64,000 nucleotides of DNA from Bacteriovoracaceae bacterium UBA4096 (GCA_002381945.1 DFXY01000004.1:24824-88823); one strand, 5' to 3'. Positions 8,113-17,459 are shown, numbered from the stretch's first letter. The notes: generated by a model not told the origin, from the sequence alone. Program-made: numbers and translations.

Positions 8113-9984
8113 ATGAAAGTACTGTTTGTTGTAACTGCTGGCCTCCTATTCTGCCTGCTCTCCGGGGCCTGGGCACAAACAACTATAAAACCAGAAATCC
8201 TTGTTCTGCATTCTTATTCACACGGATATGCCTGGACGGCCTCAGAAATGAAAGGCATTCAAGAAACATTTGAGAAAAAATATCCTGACCTTGAGGTCGC
8301 AGTTGAGTACATGGATTGGAAGAATTATCCAGAAGCTGAAAACCTTCAAGTTTTCCTGACTCTTCTACGCTATAAGTATCAAAAGAGGTCATTTGATATT
8401 GTCATTACAACTGATAACGTGGCCTTTGACTTTGCTCGTACTTACAGGGAAGAGCTTTTTCCAAAATCCTACCTGGTTTTTGCAGGTGTTAATAACTTTC
8501 AAGAATCAATGGTGGCCGGTCAACCACGCATCTCAGGTGTAGTGGAAGCAGTCGATTATGTTCGCACAATTGATTCCATGTTAGAGCTGCATCCAGAAAC
8601 CAAACGGATAACAGTGGTTCTTGATTCAACAGAAATAAGTCTGGAACTTCTAAAGGAACTGCAAACTCTATTCCCTCGCTGGAAAGAGAAAGTGCAATTT
8701 AAAGTTTTGCATAATCTCCCAATAGAAGAAGTTCAAAAAGAAGTTTCCCTGCTGGGAGAAGGAGATCTACTTCTCAATACGAATTTCATAAATGATGCTA
8801 AAGGCAAGAATTTTAGTCAACGACAAGCGATTAGGTTCATCAACAAATACTCAAGAGTTCCGGCCTATGGTCTGTGGGAAATTCAACTTGGATTTGGTAT
8901 TGTGGGAGGATGGCTTTTGGATGGGCGCATGCAAGGGCAAGTGGCAGCAGAGCTCGCGATCAGGGCATTTAATGGGGAAAATCCCCCGGTCGTTAAGGTC
9001 AGTCCATCACGCTTTGTCTTGGACTACAATCAGTTAAGTCGCTTTAATATCCCAACAGAGAGGATCCCTCCTCAGGCAGAGCTCATCAATTATCCAGAAA
9101 GCATCTTTACCAAACACCGCTCGGAAATTATATCTACACTGATTATTGTCTTAGTTCTGATTCTTTTGAATATTGTTTTGATTATCAATATTCGTAAAAG
9201 ACACCGAGCTGAGGTCGAAAGAGATAGTCTATTAATCGAAGAGAAAAAAGCACGCCAAGCGGCCGAAGAAGCAGTAAGGGCACGTGAAACTTTTATTGCA
9301 CTAGCTGCTCATGAATTAAGAACACCCCTGACGGTTTTAATACTGCAACTTCAACTTTTGCTCCGGGCCGCTCGAGGACAGACAAAAAAACCATCGAATC
9401 AAGAAGAGACAATAAAATCCTTCCTGAGCGCTGACTCCCAGGCGAAAAGACTACAATCCTTAATTGAAGATTTACTCTATATTGCCCATGAGAATAAAGC
9501 GAATGTTCAATTAGAATTACAAAACACCGATCTAGTCGAAATCGTAAAAAATGTAAGTGAAGGCCTGGGTAGCATGATTCAAAGTAGTGGCTCAAAATTA
9601 GAGTTGCATCTGGCAGACAAGTGTCAAGGCCTATGGGACAACAAGAAACTGGAAAAGCTTGTCACTAATCTCTTAACTAATGCCCTTAAGTTCGGTGCAC
9701 ATAAGCCGATTGAACTATCGGTGAGCTGTCAGGAGCAGGGAGCGAGCTTGATAATAAAAGATCAAGGTATTGGTATTTTCAGCAAAGATCAGGAACGCAT
9801 ATTTGAGAAATTCGGGAGGGCAGTTTCAGAGTACAATTTTGGCGGTTTTGGTCTTGGCCTGTATATTTCCCAACTCATTGTAGAAGCTCATCACGGAAGT
9901 ATCAAAGTTGAAAGCGAACCTGGTCGAGGTTCAGTCTTTAGTGTGTATCTTCCCTACACTCCTCCCCCTCAAATTGAATCGTAG
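8113..9984 (+). CDS. Sensor histidine kinase with periplasmic solute-binding-like domain
   Basis: 623 aa. Layout is signal/TM, a roughly 310-aa periplasmic domain ('ILVLHSYSHGYAWT', ABC substrate-binding-like), a TM, a coiled coil, the H-box 'AAHELRTPL' and HATPase N/G boxes ('NALKF', 'DQGIGI', 'GGFGLGL'). Confidence 0.8.
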   Translation: MKVLFVVTAGLLFCLLSGAWAQTTIKPEILVLHSYSHGYAWTASEMKGIQETFEKKYPDLEVAVEYMDWKNYPEAENLQVFLTLLRYKYQKRSFDIVITTDNVAFDFARTYREELFPKSYLVFAGVNNFQESMVAGQPRISGVVEAVDYVRTIDSMLELHPETKRITVVLDSTEISLELLKELQTLFPRWKEKVQFKVLHNLPIEEVQKEVSLLGEGDLLLNTNFINDAKGKNFSQRQAIRFINKYSRVPAYGLWEIQLGFGIVGGWLLDGRMQGQVAAELAIRAFNGENPPVVKVSPSRFVLDYNQLSRFNIPTERIPPQAELINYPESIFTKHRSEIISTLIIVLVLILLNIVLIINIRKRHRAEVERDSLLIEEKKARQAAEEAVRARETFIALAAHELRTPLTVLILQLQLLLRAARGQTKKPSNQEETIKSFLSADSQAKRLQSLIEDLLYIAHENKANVQLELQNTDLVEIVKNVSEGLGSMIQSSGSKLELHLADKCQGLWDNKKLEKLVTNLLTNALKFGAHKPIELSVSCQEQGASLIIKDQGIGIFSKDQERIFEKFGRAVSEYNFGGFGLGLYISQLIVEAHHGSIKVESEPGRGSVFSVYLPYTPPPQIES

Positions 9985-10831
9985 AATAAAGAACGTTCTC
10001 CTGCCTGAGAAACTTTTCGATTTCCTTTCGGATAAAATCAAGCTGTCCCATGGTAGTATCCATTGACACTCGTACATGAAGAGTCAAATAAAATTTCGAT
10101 TCATCAATGGACCATCCACGCACCAGATGTACATCTTGAACACAATCATAGCTTAATATTTTTTCTTTAATTCGATTCTTTTCAAGACCAATGGGAAACT
10201 TCTGAAGCAGTATGGAACCGATACTAATGAAGTTCTTATACACACCTCTTATAACTATTAGCGAAATTAAAATTGAAAGAATTGAATCAAGAATATACCA
10301 GGGTTGAAACATCAGTACGATGCTAACAACTAACACCGCTACCCATCCTAAAATATCTTCCAGAAGATGGAGCATGATCATCTTGCTATTGAGACTACCA
10401 CTTTTCTTTAATTTGAATGCGGCAAGTCCGTTAACTCCGATTCCCAACAAGGCAAAAACGACCATTCCCGAGGCCACAATCGGCTCGGGTTGATATATCC
10501 GCCCAACGGCTTCATAAATTACGTAACCAGTTCCACCCAATAGAACCAGGCCATTAATCAAGGCGGCCAGGACTGAGAATCTTCGATAACCAAAGGTAAA
10601 AATTTCATCTTCTTCTTTATGACTCATCTTTTCAGCGAAAAATGAAAAAAGAAGTGTCAGGCTATCCCCTAGATCATGAATGGCATCAGACTTGATGGCC
10701 GTACTATTTGTGTAATGACCGCCAATAAACTCAATAACAGCAAACCCTGCATTTAAAAAGAAAGCAGACAAGATGGCAGAGTCGCTCTGCGATTTAACCT
10801 CGTGAGCATGGTGATGATGATGAGCTCCCAT
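9938..10831 (-). CDS. czcD: Cation diffusion facilitator (CDF) family metal exporter
   Basis: 297 aa with an N-terminal His run (MGAHHHHHAHE) and 6 TM helices. Motifs 'HDLGDS' and 'HLLEDILGW' match CDF TM2/TM5 metal-site motifs. A cytoplasmic C-terminal domain is present. Confidence 0.8.
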   Translation of the reverse strand: MGAHHHHHAHEVKSQSDSAILSAFFLNAGFAVIEFIGGHYTNSTAIKSDAIHDLGDSLTLLFSFFAEKMSHKEEDEIFTFGYRRFSVLAALINGLVLLGGTGYVIYEAVGRIYQPEPIVASGMVVFALLGIGVNGLAAFKLKKSGSLNSKMIMLHLLEDILGWVAVLVVSIVLMFQPWYILDSILSILISLIVIRGVYKNFISIGSILLQKFPIGLEKNRIKEKILSYDCVQDVHLVRGWSIDESKFYLTLHVRVSMDTTMGQLDFIRKEIEKFLRQENVLYSTIQFEGEECREDTH

Positions 10832-10843
10832 AAGTGATTCTAC

Positions 10844-11245
10844 TTATCTCCAGTCTTCCAACTGGCAAACCTTTCCTGAAGACCAACAACGATCTTCAAG
10901 ACAAAATTGTCTTTCGACTTTAACACTTGTCCCTTCGAAGACTAAGCTCAAAGTCACCATGCCATTATTTTCAGCGAAGGCCGGTTGAGAAGCAGAAAAG
11001 TAATTATCTTCTGCGATAAAACTCATGGACGGATCAATCAAAAACTTTGCGAGCTTAGGCATCAAAAGTTCTACTAATACCCTGCCACCTGGTCGGTGAT
11101 AGAAGTCAATGGAGCATTCCTGGCCAATGTCATTAACTCCAGTGTGATCATAAAGAGGAATATAATTTTTAAGAGCACTAACTGCATTGGCCTGTGCAAA
11201 TGAAGAAAGTAACAGGGACAAAAGGATGAGCGGGATCTTATACAT
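10844..11245 (-). CDS. Secreted hypothetical protein (4 Cys)
   Basis: 133 aa with a signal peptide (..SSFAQANA). Sits 12 nt upstream of the CDF gene on the same strand. Confidence 0.5.
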   Translation of the reverse strand: MYKIPLILLSLLLSSFAQANAVSALKNYIPLYDHTGVNDIGQECSIDFYHRPGGRVLVELLMPKLAKFLIDPSMSFIAEDNYFSASQPAFAENNGMVTLSLVFEGTSVKVERQFCLEDRCWSSGKVCQLEDWR

Positions 11246-11251
11246 AGAATA

Positions 11252-11479
11252 TTATCCTTTTCCGGCCTCAAGTACGTTTTTAAATCTTAAATCTTTAATC
11301 TCAATATAGATTTGATTTGTTCTTTGAGAATTTATGCGCCAATTCTCTCTATCTTCGGGTGTGAGCCCTTTTTTACGGGCAGCGAAGGCCTTATGCTCCT
11401 TCTTTAAAGTGGTAAGTTCTTTTTTAAGAGCTTCCATTTTCTTTTTATCTTCAGGGCCTAGAAACTGACCGTCTTCCAT
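11252..11479 (-). CDS. Small charged coiled-coil hypothetical protein
   Basis: 75 aa, Lys/Glu rich, first gene of the putative CDF operon (6-nt gap to the next ORF). Confidence 0.4.
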   Translation of the reverse strand: MEDGQFLGPEDKKKMEALKKELTTLKKEHKAFAARKKGLTPEDRENWRINSQRTNQIYIEIKDLRFKNVLEAGKG

Positions 11480-11672
11480 ACTTATCCTTTTGGTCTACTA
11501 TCTCAATACTTCCATTTATTGGAAAGCTATGAGTCAGCTAACCAAGGGGGATTTTCCCCCTAATACATCTTATATGCTTTATGACAAATATCATGCTTTA
11601 AGAGAGCTTCAATCAGATTTTTAGCATATTCCAGTGGATATATTCAACTCACTTAAATCCAGGGAGGATTAA

Positions 11673-12389
11673 ATGAAACATTTCACAATGGTTTTCGCAG
11701 TGCTCACTTTTTCAGCTTTAATTCACGCCAGTGAACCAAAAGTTATCATTTCACCGGTCAATCACCTGTTTGTACCTAATGGCTTTGATAATAATGATAA
11801 CGTGGAAGTAATCGTAACCGGACAGTTTCCGAGTCCATGTTACATCACTAACAAAGTTGATGTTGTACATAAAAATGACAAAATCCTCATTACTGTAACA
11901 GCTCTCCAAAGAGAAAATGCAAAATCTGATTTATGTGAACCAATGATCATTCCATTTAAAGAAGAAATTACTGTAGGTAACCTGCAGGGTGGGGATTACG
12001 AAATAATCGTTAACGAAAAATCCCCATATGAACAAAGAGAAAAACTTAATGTTGCAGTTTCAAGTTCTACCAGCGTAGACGATCATCTTTACCCTATCGT
12101 TGAATACATAGAACTCGGTTTTACAGGTGGTCTAAGTGGGGATGCTGTATTACATGCTAAAGTTCCAAGTGACTGTCTGGTTTTTGATCGAGTCGACTAT
12201 CTCTCAAACAAAAAAGACACTATCTCTATATTACCCATCATGAAAAAAGTTTCATCCGTTTGTAATGAAGGGAATGAAAGAATTCAAATCCCAGTGAAAT
12301 TCAAATTACGGTCACTATCAAATAAAGATGTATTGATATATGTAAGATCTATTGAAGGTAAATCTGCTAATACTATCATCAATCGGTAA
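11673..12389 (+). CDS. Secreted 4-Cys two-domain protein (paralogue of 1337-2029)
   Basis: 238 aa with a signal peptide. RBS GGGAGG upstream of the ATG. Same four Cys positions and 'VGNLQGGDY' motif as the ORF at 1337-2029. Confidence 0.7.
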   Translation: MKHFTMVFAVLTFSALIHASEPKVIISPVNHLFVPNGFDNNDNVEVIVTGQFPSPCYITNKVDVVHKNDKILITVTALQRENAKSDLCEPMIIPFKEEITVGNLQGGDYEIIVNEKSPYEQREKLNVAVSSSTSVDDHLYPIVEYIELGFTGGLSGDAVLHAKVPSDCLVFDRVDYLSNKKDTISILPIMKKVSSVCNEGNERIQIPVKFKLRSLSNKDVLIYVRSIEGKSANTIINR

Positions 12390-12397
12390 TTCCATCC

Positions 12398-12416
12398 GGC
12401 CGGACTAGTTCCGGCC
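12398..12416 (+). terminator. Hairpin after the paralogue gene
   Basis: GGCCGGA-CTAGT-TCCGGCC, 9 nt after the stop at 12389. Weak T tract. Confidence 0.45.
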
Positions 12417-12549
12417 AGTCCCATTTTAATCCTTATGACTACAATCATAAAACATCCTTTCACCAATCAGATTTTTATTATTTCTCTTTAAGTAAAATAA
12501 ACTCAATCAGATTCATAAAATAATTTATCAGTTGATAAAAGGGGAATTT

Positions 12550-13170
12550 ATGAAAACAAAGATTGCTGTATTGGTTGTAGGGAGTTCTCTCATCGTATCT
12601 TCTGTATCTGCCATGAGTTCAGATATGATGGTTCGAATGAGAGCAATTAATGTGATGCCGGACGAATCAGGAACTCCGACAATTATTGGAGGTGATGTAA
12701 ATCTTAACAATGCTTCAGTTCCTGAAATCGATTTTTCTTACTTTTTCAATGACAACATTGCCTTAGAGCTTATTCTTGCGACAACGACTCATAAAGCGTC
12801 CGCTAACAATACGCTATTAAATAATCTGGACTTGGGTGATGTCTCCCTTCTGCCTCCTACCTTGACAGCTCAATATCATCACCAATTTGGAAAATTTAAA
12901 CCATATGTTGGAGCAGGTCTTAACTATACAATCTTTTATGGTGCTGACTCAGGAGTTGCAAAAAGCGTGACCTATGAAAACAGTCTCGGTTATGCCTTTC
13001 AGACAGGTGGGGATTATCAAATCGCAGATAATCTATTTCTTAATCTGGACATAAAGAAACTATACTTATCAACTGACGTTCATGTCTCAACCTACGCCAA
13101 CGGAAGTGTTGATGCAGAAGTTGATATTGATCCTCTAATCGTTGGGCTTGGCATCGGCTTCAAATTCTAA
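12550..13170 (+). CDS. ompW: OmpW family outer-membrane protein
   Basis: Collinear with E. coli OmpW as I recall it ('LLPPTLTAQYHH..KFKPYVGAGLNYTIFY', C-terminal 'GLGIGFKF'). ATG at 12550 with an AAAGGGGAA RBS is preferred over the listed TTG at 12532. Confidence 0.85.
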   Translation: MKTKIAVLVVGSSLIVSSVSAMSSDMMVRMRAINVMPDESGTPTIIGGDVNLNNASVPEIDFSYFFNDNIALELILATTTHKASANNTLLNNLDLGDVSLLPPTLTAQYHHQFGKFKPYVGAGLNYTIFYGADSGVAKSVTYENSLGYAFQTGGDYQIADNLFLNLDIKKLYLSTDVHVSTYANGSVDAEVDIDPLIVGLGIGFKF

Positions 13171-13178
13171 TGCTGGAA

Positions 13179-13214
13179 TTTAATTAAGTGGGGACATGTC
13201 CCCACTTAATTAAA
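13179..13214. terminator. Bidirectional terminator, perfect 36-nt palindrome
   Basis: TTTAATTAAGTGGGGACA|TGTCCCCACTTAATTAAA lies between convergent ompW (+) and dabB (-). GC core stem is flanked by A/T runs on both sides. Confidence 0.7.
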
Positions 13215-13218
13215 CACA

Positions 13219-15030
13219 TCAAAGAGCTTCTCTTCCCATAAAAAGTCGACTGTAGATTTTAGCGAATAATAACCCGTTGATCATTAAACATAGGGCAATC
13301 AAAGCTGTGATGAGAGAAGAATGCTTAAGAAGTTCTTCTAAGAGCATGTCTTCCCCTATAAAGGCCGTCGTGACCGGCATGCCGGAGAGAACCATAAAAC
13401 AAATCATGAACACATTGGCGGCCAATGCATGCTTCGTTCCCAGCGCATGAAAGTTTCTCAAGTCATGTTTTCTGAACTGCCAACATATGATAAGTGCCAA
13501 AACCAAAAATGGAGTCACAGGTAAGATATAAGCTTCAATCGAATGCAATAGTTGTTTATTTAAAAGATAAACTGAGACCATGCAGCCAATAAGTGAAAAA
13601 CTGAAATCCCTCATGGCACTAAATGGCCTATGATGAAAGAAAATAGACTTCAAAGCGAAATATACTGACATTAAAGCAAATAAAACTGAAAAGACTTGAA
13701 CACCATCAACTCCTTCAACCCTTGACAGGGAGAGAACTGACAGCGCTGCCAGAACAGTCATAATTGCTGGATGAGAAATGGCACGTCTTAATTTCCAGTA
13801 AATAGTTTTCCAGGGAATAAAGCTAAAGCCACGCCAGGATATATCCATGGAAAAATCTGTCATGCCCAGGACGTAAAAGGTGTTCTTCAATCTTGTGGGA
13901 AGTTTATCCAATAGTATTTTACGGGTTTTAATCCGCTGAAAAACCACCTTATTATTCAGACTAGAGGAACTGGCAACCACAGAGGGAGAAACCAGTAATT
14001 GGAAGCATCGGTAAAGAGCATGACAAAAAAGATGAATCAGTACTAATTGGGTGAATCCTAGACTTAATTCGATAAACATCAACCCAATCTGTGAGGTGCT
14101 GGCAAAAGCAATTTGCCCTTTAATGTTGGTTTGAATACGGCCTTGGACTGAGGAAAAAAACAAGGTAAGTAAGCCTATCACTCCGATTAAAATGGTACCC
14201 ATCTGGCCATGAGACCATAGCGGCTGCATGCGGATGAGTAAAAAGACACCAGCGTGAATAGAAAGTGCGCCGTAAAAGATGGCACTTGAAGGAGTCGGTC
14301 CTTCCATCGCCTGGGATGGCCAGTTGTGAAAAGGAAACTGGGCCGATTTCCCTAAAGAAGCAAAGATGATAAAAAAAGTTAAAAGAGTCAAAGAAGTTTG
14401 ATTTGTTGCTGATAAAAGCTGCCCCGACATCTCCTGAAGAGCAGAGAAACGGGTGGCCTCGTGCCAAAGAATATGGCCCATTACGGCTCCCATTAAAAGT
14501 CCCAGATCACAAACTCGGTAGATATTATAAATTCTCCAGGCATTGGAAACTGAACGGGTTTGCGAGCGGTAAAAAGCAATGAGAAGAAAAGAGCTAAAGC
14601 CCACAATCTCCCATCCTGCAAAAAATAAATCCATATGCCCTGCAAGTGAAAGCACTTCCATACCAAAGATAAAAAAGAGAATGGTGCTAAAAAATCGCTG
14701 ATAGCCTTTTTCTAAATGGAGGTAACCATGAGAATACTTCACAACCAATAATCCCAGGATATGGGTTAGTCCCAACATGACAAAAGTCCCTATGTCCAAC
14801 CAAGCGGTAAAAGGAAAATTATGTCCGGAGACTTTGATCACTGCCAGTTCGAGTTCCAATGGGAATGACCCATGAAAAGAATTGATGAAAAGATAAATAC
14901 TTACGAATGAAGGAATCGCGAGACTAAGTGTCGTTAATCTCGTAATAATTTTTTCGGAATGCTTAATAGGGATTGCGAGCAACATGGAGGAAAGCAAAGG
15001 TAAAAGATAGAAGAGAAACAACGCTTTCAT
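13219..15030 (-). CDS. dabB: DabB: NuoL/MrpA-like proton-conducting membrane subunit of a DAB inorganic-carbon pump
   Basis: 603-aa polytopic protein with complex-I antiporter-like segments ('GKSAQFPFHNWPSQAMEGPTPSSAIFYGALSIHAGVFL'). 4-nt overlap with the DUF2309-type gene upstream. Confidence 0.75.
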   Translation of the reverse strand: MKALFLFYLLPLLSSMLLAIPIKHSEKIITRLTTLSLAIPSFVSIYLFINSFHGSFPLELELAVIKVSGHNFPFTAWLDIGTFVMLGLTHILGLLVVKYSHGYLHLEKGYQRFFSTILFFIFGMEVLSLAGHMDLFFAGWEIVGFSSFLLIAFYRSQTRSVSNAWRIYNIYRVCDLGLLMGAVMGHILWHEATRFSALQEMSGQLLSATNQTSLTLLTFFIIFASLGKSAQFPFHNWPSQAMEGPTPSSAIFYGALSIHAGVFLLIRMQPLWSHGQMGTILIGVIGLLTLFFSSVQGRIQTNIKGQIAFASTSQIGLMFIELSLGFTQLVLIHLFCHALYRCFQLLVSPSVVASSSSLNNKVVFQRIKTRKILLDKLPTRLKNTFYVLGMTDFSMDISWRGFSFIPWKTIYWKLRRAISHPAIMTVLAALSVLSLSRVEGVDGVQVFSVLFALMSVYFALKSIFFHHRPFSAMRDFSFSLIGCMVSVYLLNKQLLHSIEAYILPVTPFLVLALIICWQFRKHDLRNFHALGTKHALAANVFMICFMVLSGMPVTTAFIGEDMLLEELLKHSSLITALIALCLMINGLLFAKIYSRLFMGREAL

Positions 15031-17450
15031 ACAAGCTCCTGGAAATTTTCTTTGATCAGCATCTGTCCATTCTCAAAAAGAAATATCTTTTTAATGGACG
15101 GATCAAAACAAGCGTAGTGAACCCAATGATTATAGACAATTTGCTTTACCAGTGGATTATTCTGAATGGCCGCCAAGGCGATCTCAGGTTTTTGCTCAAT
15201 CAATAAGAATAATCGAAGCGGTTGATGTTGATCAATCATTTGAAAAGGTAAACCAAAAAGTAGATCGCTCTCAGTCCCATGACTGACACCAAGATTTCCC
15301 ACAATATTTTGCGGTAATTTTGATCCAGCACCAAATCGCAGATTATCGACTCGTGAAAAAAAGTAGTCCAGATTAATTCCTGAACAAACCGGGATGACGG
15401 CCCCTAATGTTGTTGCTAACAATTTCCCATCCGGATCCACTGAAGGGTCGTAGGACTGAAGGAATGCCGGTTGATCCGGAATTAAACCCTTAGTTATATC
15501 CCTACGTCCAACAATGGCAAAGGCCACTCCAGTATGTCCTAGCTCAGGTCTGGTTTCAAATAATGAATAAGAACGCCTTAGAACTTCTTTCTGAGCTTGC
15601 TTACTTACAGGTCGATAAGTGACAAGCTTGAAGGACTTACTTCTTTCCCTGGCATTTTTATAAAGTGCAATTGAAAGATATTTTTTGAATCTTTCATAGG
15701 AACATTTTTGTTCAGAAGGTATGGAATGAGACTCATAGAGCTCAATCACATCCCGGGTTGTATCGTGAAAACCTGCTATGAAGTAAGTCGTTGACGGGAT
15801 GAAAAGTCCATATTTAGCTTTGAGTAATTCTCTGACTTCAACATTGTTTGCCATTTCGACAAAGGCCCTGGCATTGGCGGCACCAGAGCGACCGGAACAG
15901 GCCCCACAACCATAAGTCGCAAAATAGGGATTATTAACACTGTTTGATCCATGGCCAATAATAAAGATCAAAGGAGAAAAATGATGAATAAATCCGATTA
16001 AGACAAGTTGCTGGTAAACTAAATCCACCATCTGGTTAAGTGTGTAACCTTCAGGAAGTTTAGAATCTCCTGCTGTCACTGACTCATCTCTAAAAAGTTT
16101 TAGCTTGTTCTCACTCTTGATCTCGATGACATTTTCCAATGATTTAAATCCCAAAGGAAAAAAAAGATTAGAGGTCAATTTCATAGTGGAAGAAACTGCA
16201 TTCAGGTGCGAAAAGAACCATTCTTTCAAGAAATTGCCAGTTGGCTGAGTGTTCTTAAACTTCAATAATCGGGGCAGCCTTTTATTCTCATTCTCTATCG
16301 GAACATCTCTCAAATAAACCTCAACCGCAGCTGGTGCTGGACACTGTTTTTTAGGAAAAGCATCTTCCGGGTGATGATAAAGACAATTGATGCCATAATG
16401 TCCGGCGGTACCAAAAGTTTCGATTCGGGATGAAGTTTCTTCTAAAAATCGTCGTAACGAGCTTTCCCTGTCATCCATGCAAAAAATAGCTTGATAGTCT
16501 GAGAGTGCTTCATTTTCATCTTGTTTCTCTATGATAGTCTTTAAATACTGATCATAAGTGGCTTCTTCTAAAGCTTCCTGGCAGGCACGGAAGGCCAGAA
16601 AGTTTTTCTTCGCTTCGGGAGTTAAGGATAGAGGCTCCAGTGTTTTTGGAAAAACAGGATGTCCAGTGATTGGGGATTCTTGTTCAATCCACGCCCGTTC
16701 AAGAATCAGCTTAATGGCCAGAAAATCCAACAGATCTATTTTTCTTGGAAAAGGTAGAAGCTGAGGAGACTGTTGGATGTTATAAATCAATCCGGCCCAT
16801 CCTCGTAAAGTCATGATGGATTCACGAATATAAGTTTTTTGAAGATCTTCATCAGGACAAAGGAATTTCAGATGGGCTTCAATCGTTTCTTCCGGCGTCG
16901 ATAAAAAGTAGTCACTCAGAACAAGTTTTCTAAAAGGAGCAGGTACGATGTAACTGGAAAAAATGAGATTTTTCAGGCAATCGTAAAAGCTTCTTTCACC
17001 GGATTCAGGCATTTGCCAATGACCTATTCCCTGATCCATAAACATTGAAAGCCATTTAATTAACATACCATCTGCCAATTGAATGATATTGATCCCTAAA
17101 TACTCGTTCCAGCAATCATGCAGCTTTCCTGTCCTGGAATCATGATGAATAAACTCGAATTTTCCCTCTAGGATAAATTTCATCGCCTGTTCTGAATCTT
17201 CTTTCAAAATCCTATCTAATTTATCCCGCAAGAGTACCAGAGGAAGTTCACCGGATTTAATCTTTTTCCTATAATGTTCAAGCTCTGGTAAAGGATGTGC
17301 TTCAAATTTTGCACTTACTTCCGTTAATGCATTCCAAAAAGGTAGATGCTGGTAAGGAAGCAGCAAATTAAGATGGATAAACTCTTTAATCGGTCGAATA
17401 ATAGGTAGATCCCGGGCGACTTCACTTAAAAAGTCCATATCTATTAACAT
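15027..17450 (-). CDS. dabA: DabA: DUF2309-family, beta-carbonic-anhydrase-like subunit of a DAB inorganic-carbon pump
   Basis: 807 aa. C324-M-D326-D-R328 (nt 16467-16481) is a CxDxR motif. H500 (nt 15951-15953) and C515 (nt 15906-15908) are spaced 15 aa apart ('IIGHGSNSVNNPYFATYGCGACSG'). The gene is paired with a NuoL-like gene. Confidence 0.8.
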   Translation of the reverse strand: MLIDMDFLSEVARDLPIIRPIKEFIHLNLLLPYQHLPFWNALTEVSAKFEAHPLPELEHYRKKIKSGELPLVLLRDKLDRILKEDSEQAMKFILEGKFEFIHHDSRTGKLHDCWNEYLGINIIQLADGMLIKWLSMFMDQGIGHWQMPESGERSFYDCLKNLIFSSYIVPAPFRKLVLSDYFLSTPEETIEAHLKFLCPDEDLQKTYIRESIMTLRGWAGLIYNIQQSPQLLPFPRKIDLLDFLAIKLILERAWIEQESPITGHPVFPKTLEPLSLTPEAKKNFLAFRACQEALEEATYDQYLKTIIEKQDENEALSDYQAIFCMDDRESSLRRFLEETSSRIETFGTAGHYGINCLYHHPEDAFPKKQCPAPAAVEVYLRDVPIENENKRLPRLLKFKNTQPTGNFLKEWFFSHLNAVSSTMKLTSNLFFPLGFKSLENVIEIKSENKLKLFRDESVTAGDSKLPEGYTLNQMVDLVYQQLVLIGFIHHFSPLIFIIGHGSNSVNNPYFATYGCGACSGRSGAANARAFVEMANNVEVRELLKAKYGLFIPSTTYFIAGFHDTTRDVIELYESHSIPSEQKCSYERFKKYLSIALYKNARERSKSFKLVTYRPVSKQAQKEVLRRSYSLFETRPELGHTGVAFAIVGRRDITKGLIPDQPAFLQSYDPSVDPDGKLLATTLGAVIPVCSGINLDYFFSRVDNLRFGAGSKLPQNIVGNLGVSHGTESDLLFGLPFQMIDQHQPLRLFLLIEQKPEIALAAIQNNPLVKQIVYNHWVHYACFDPSIKKIFLFENGQMLIKENFQELV

Positions 17451-17459
17451 TGCATTCTC

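Noticed and set aside
10808-10822. Run of five His codons at the N-terminus of the CDF protein, which resembles an engineered His-tag.
   Set aside because: His-rich N- or C-termini are a natural feature of CDF metal transporters. There is no vector-like flanking sequence.
12532-12549. TTG starts listed by the ORF track (12532 for ompW, 24013 for the basic protein, 57234 for merR), plus the longer N-termini at 24501, 30119, 33085, 58922 and 61080.
   Set aside because: In each case a downstream ATG or GTG has a better-placed GGAG-type RBS. It also gives a sensible N-terminus, such as a signal peptide, a lipobox or a family-typical start.
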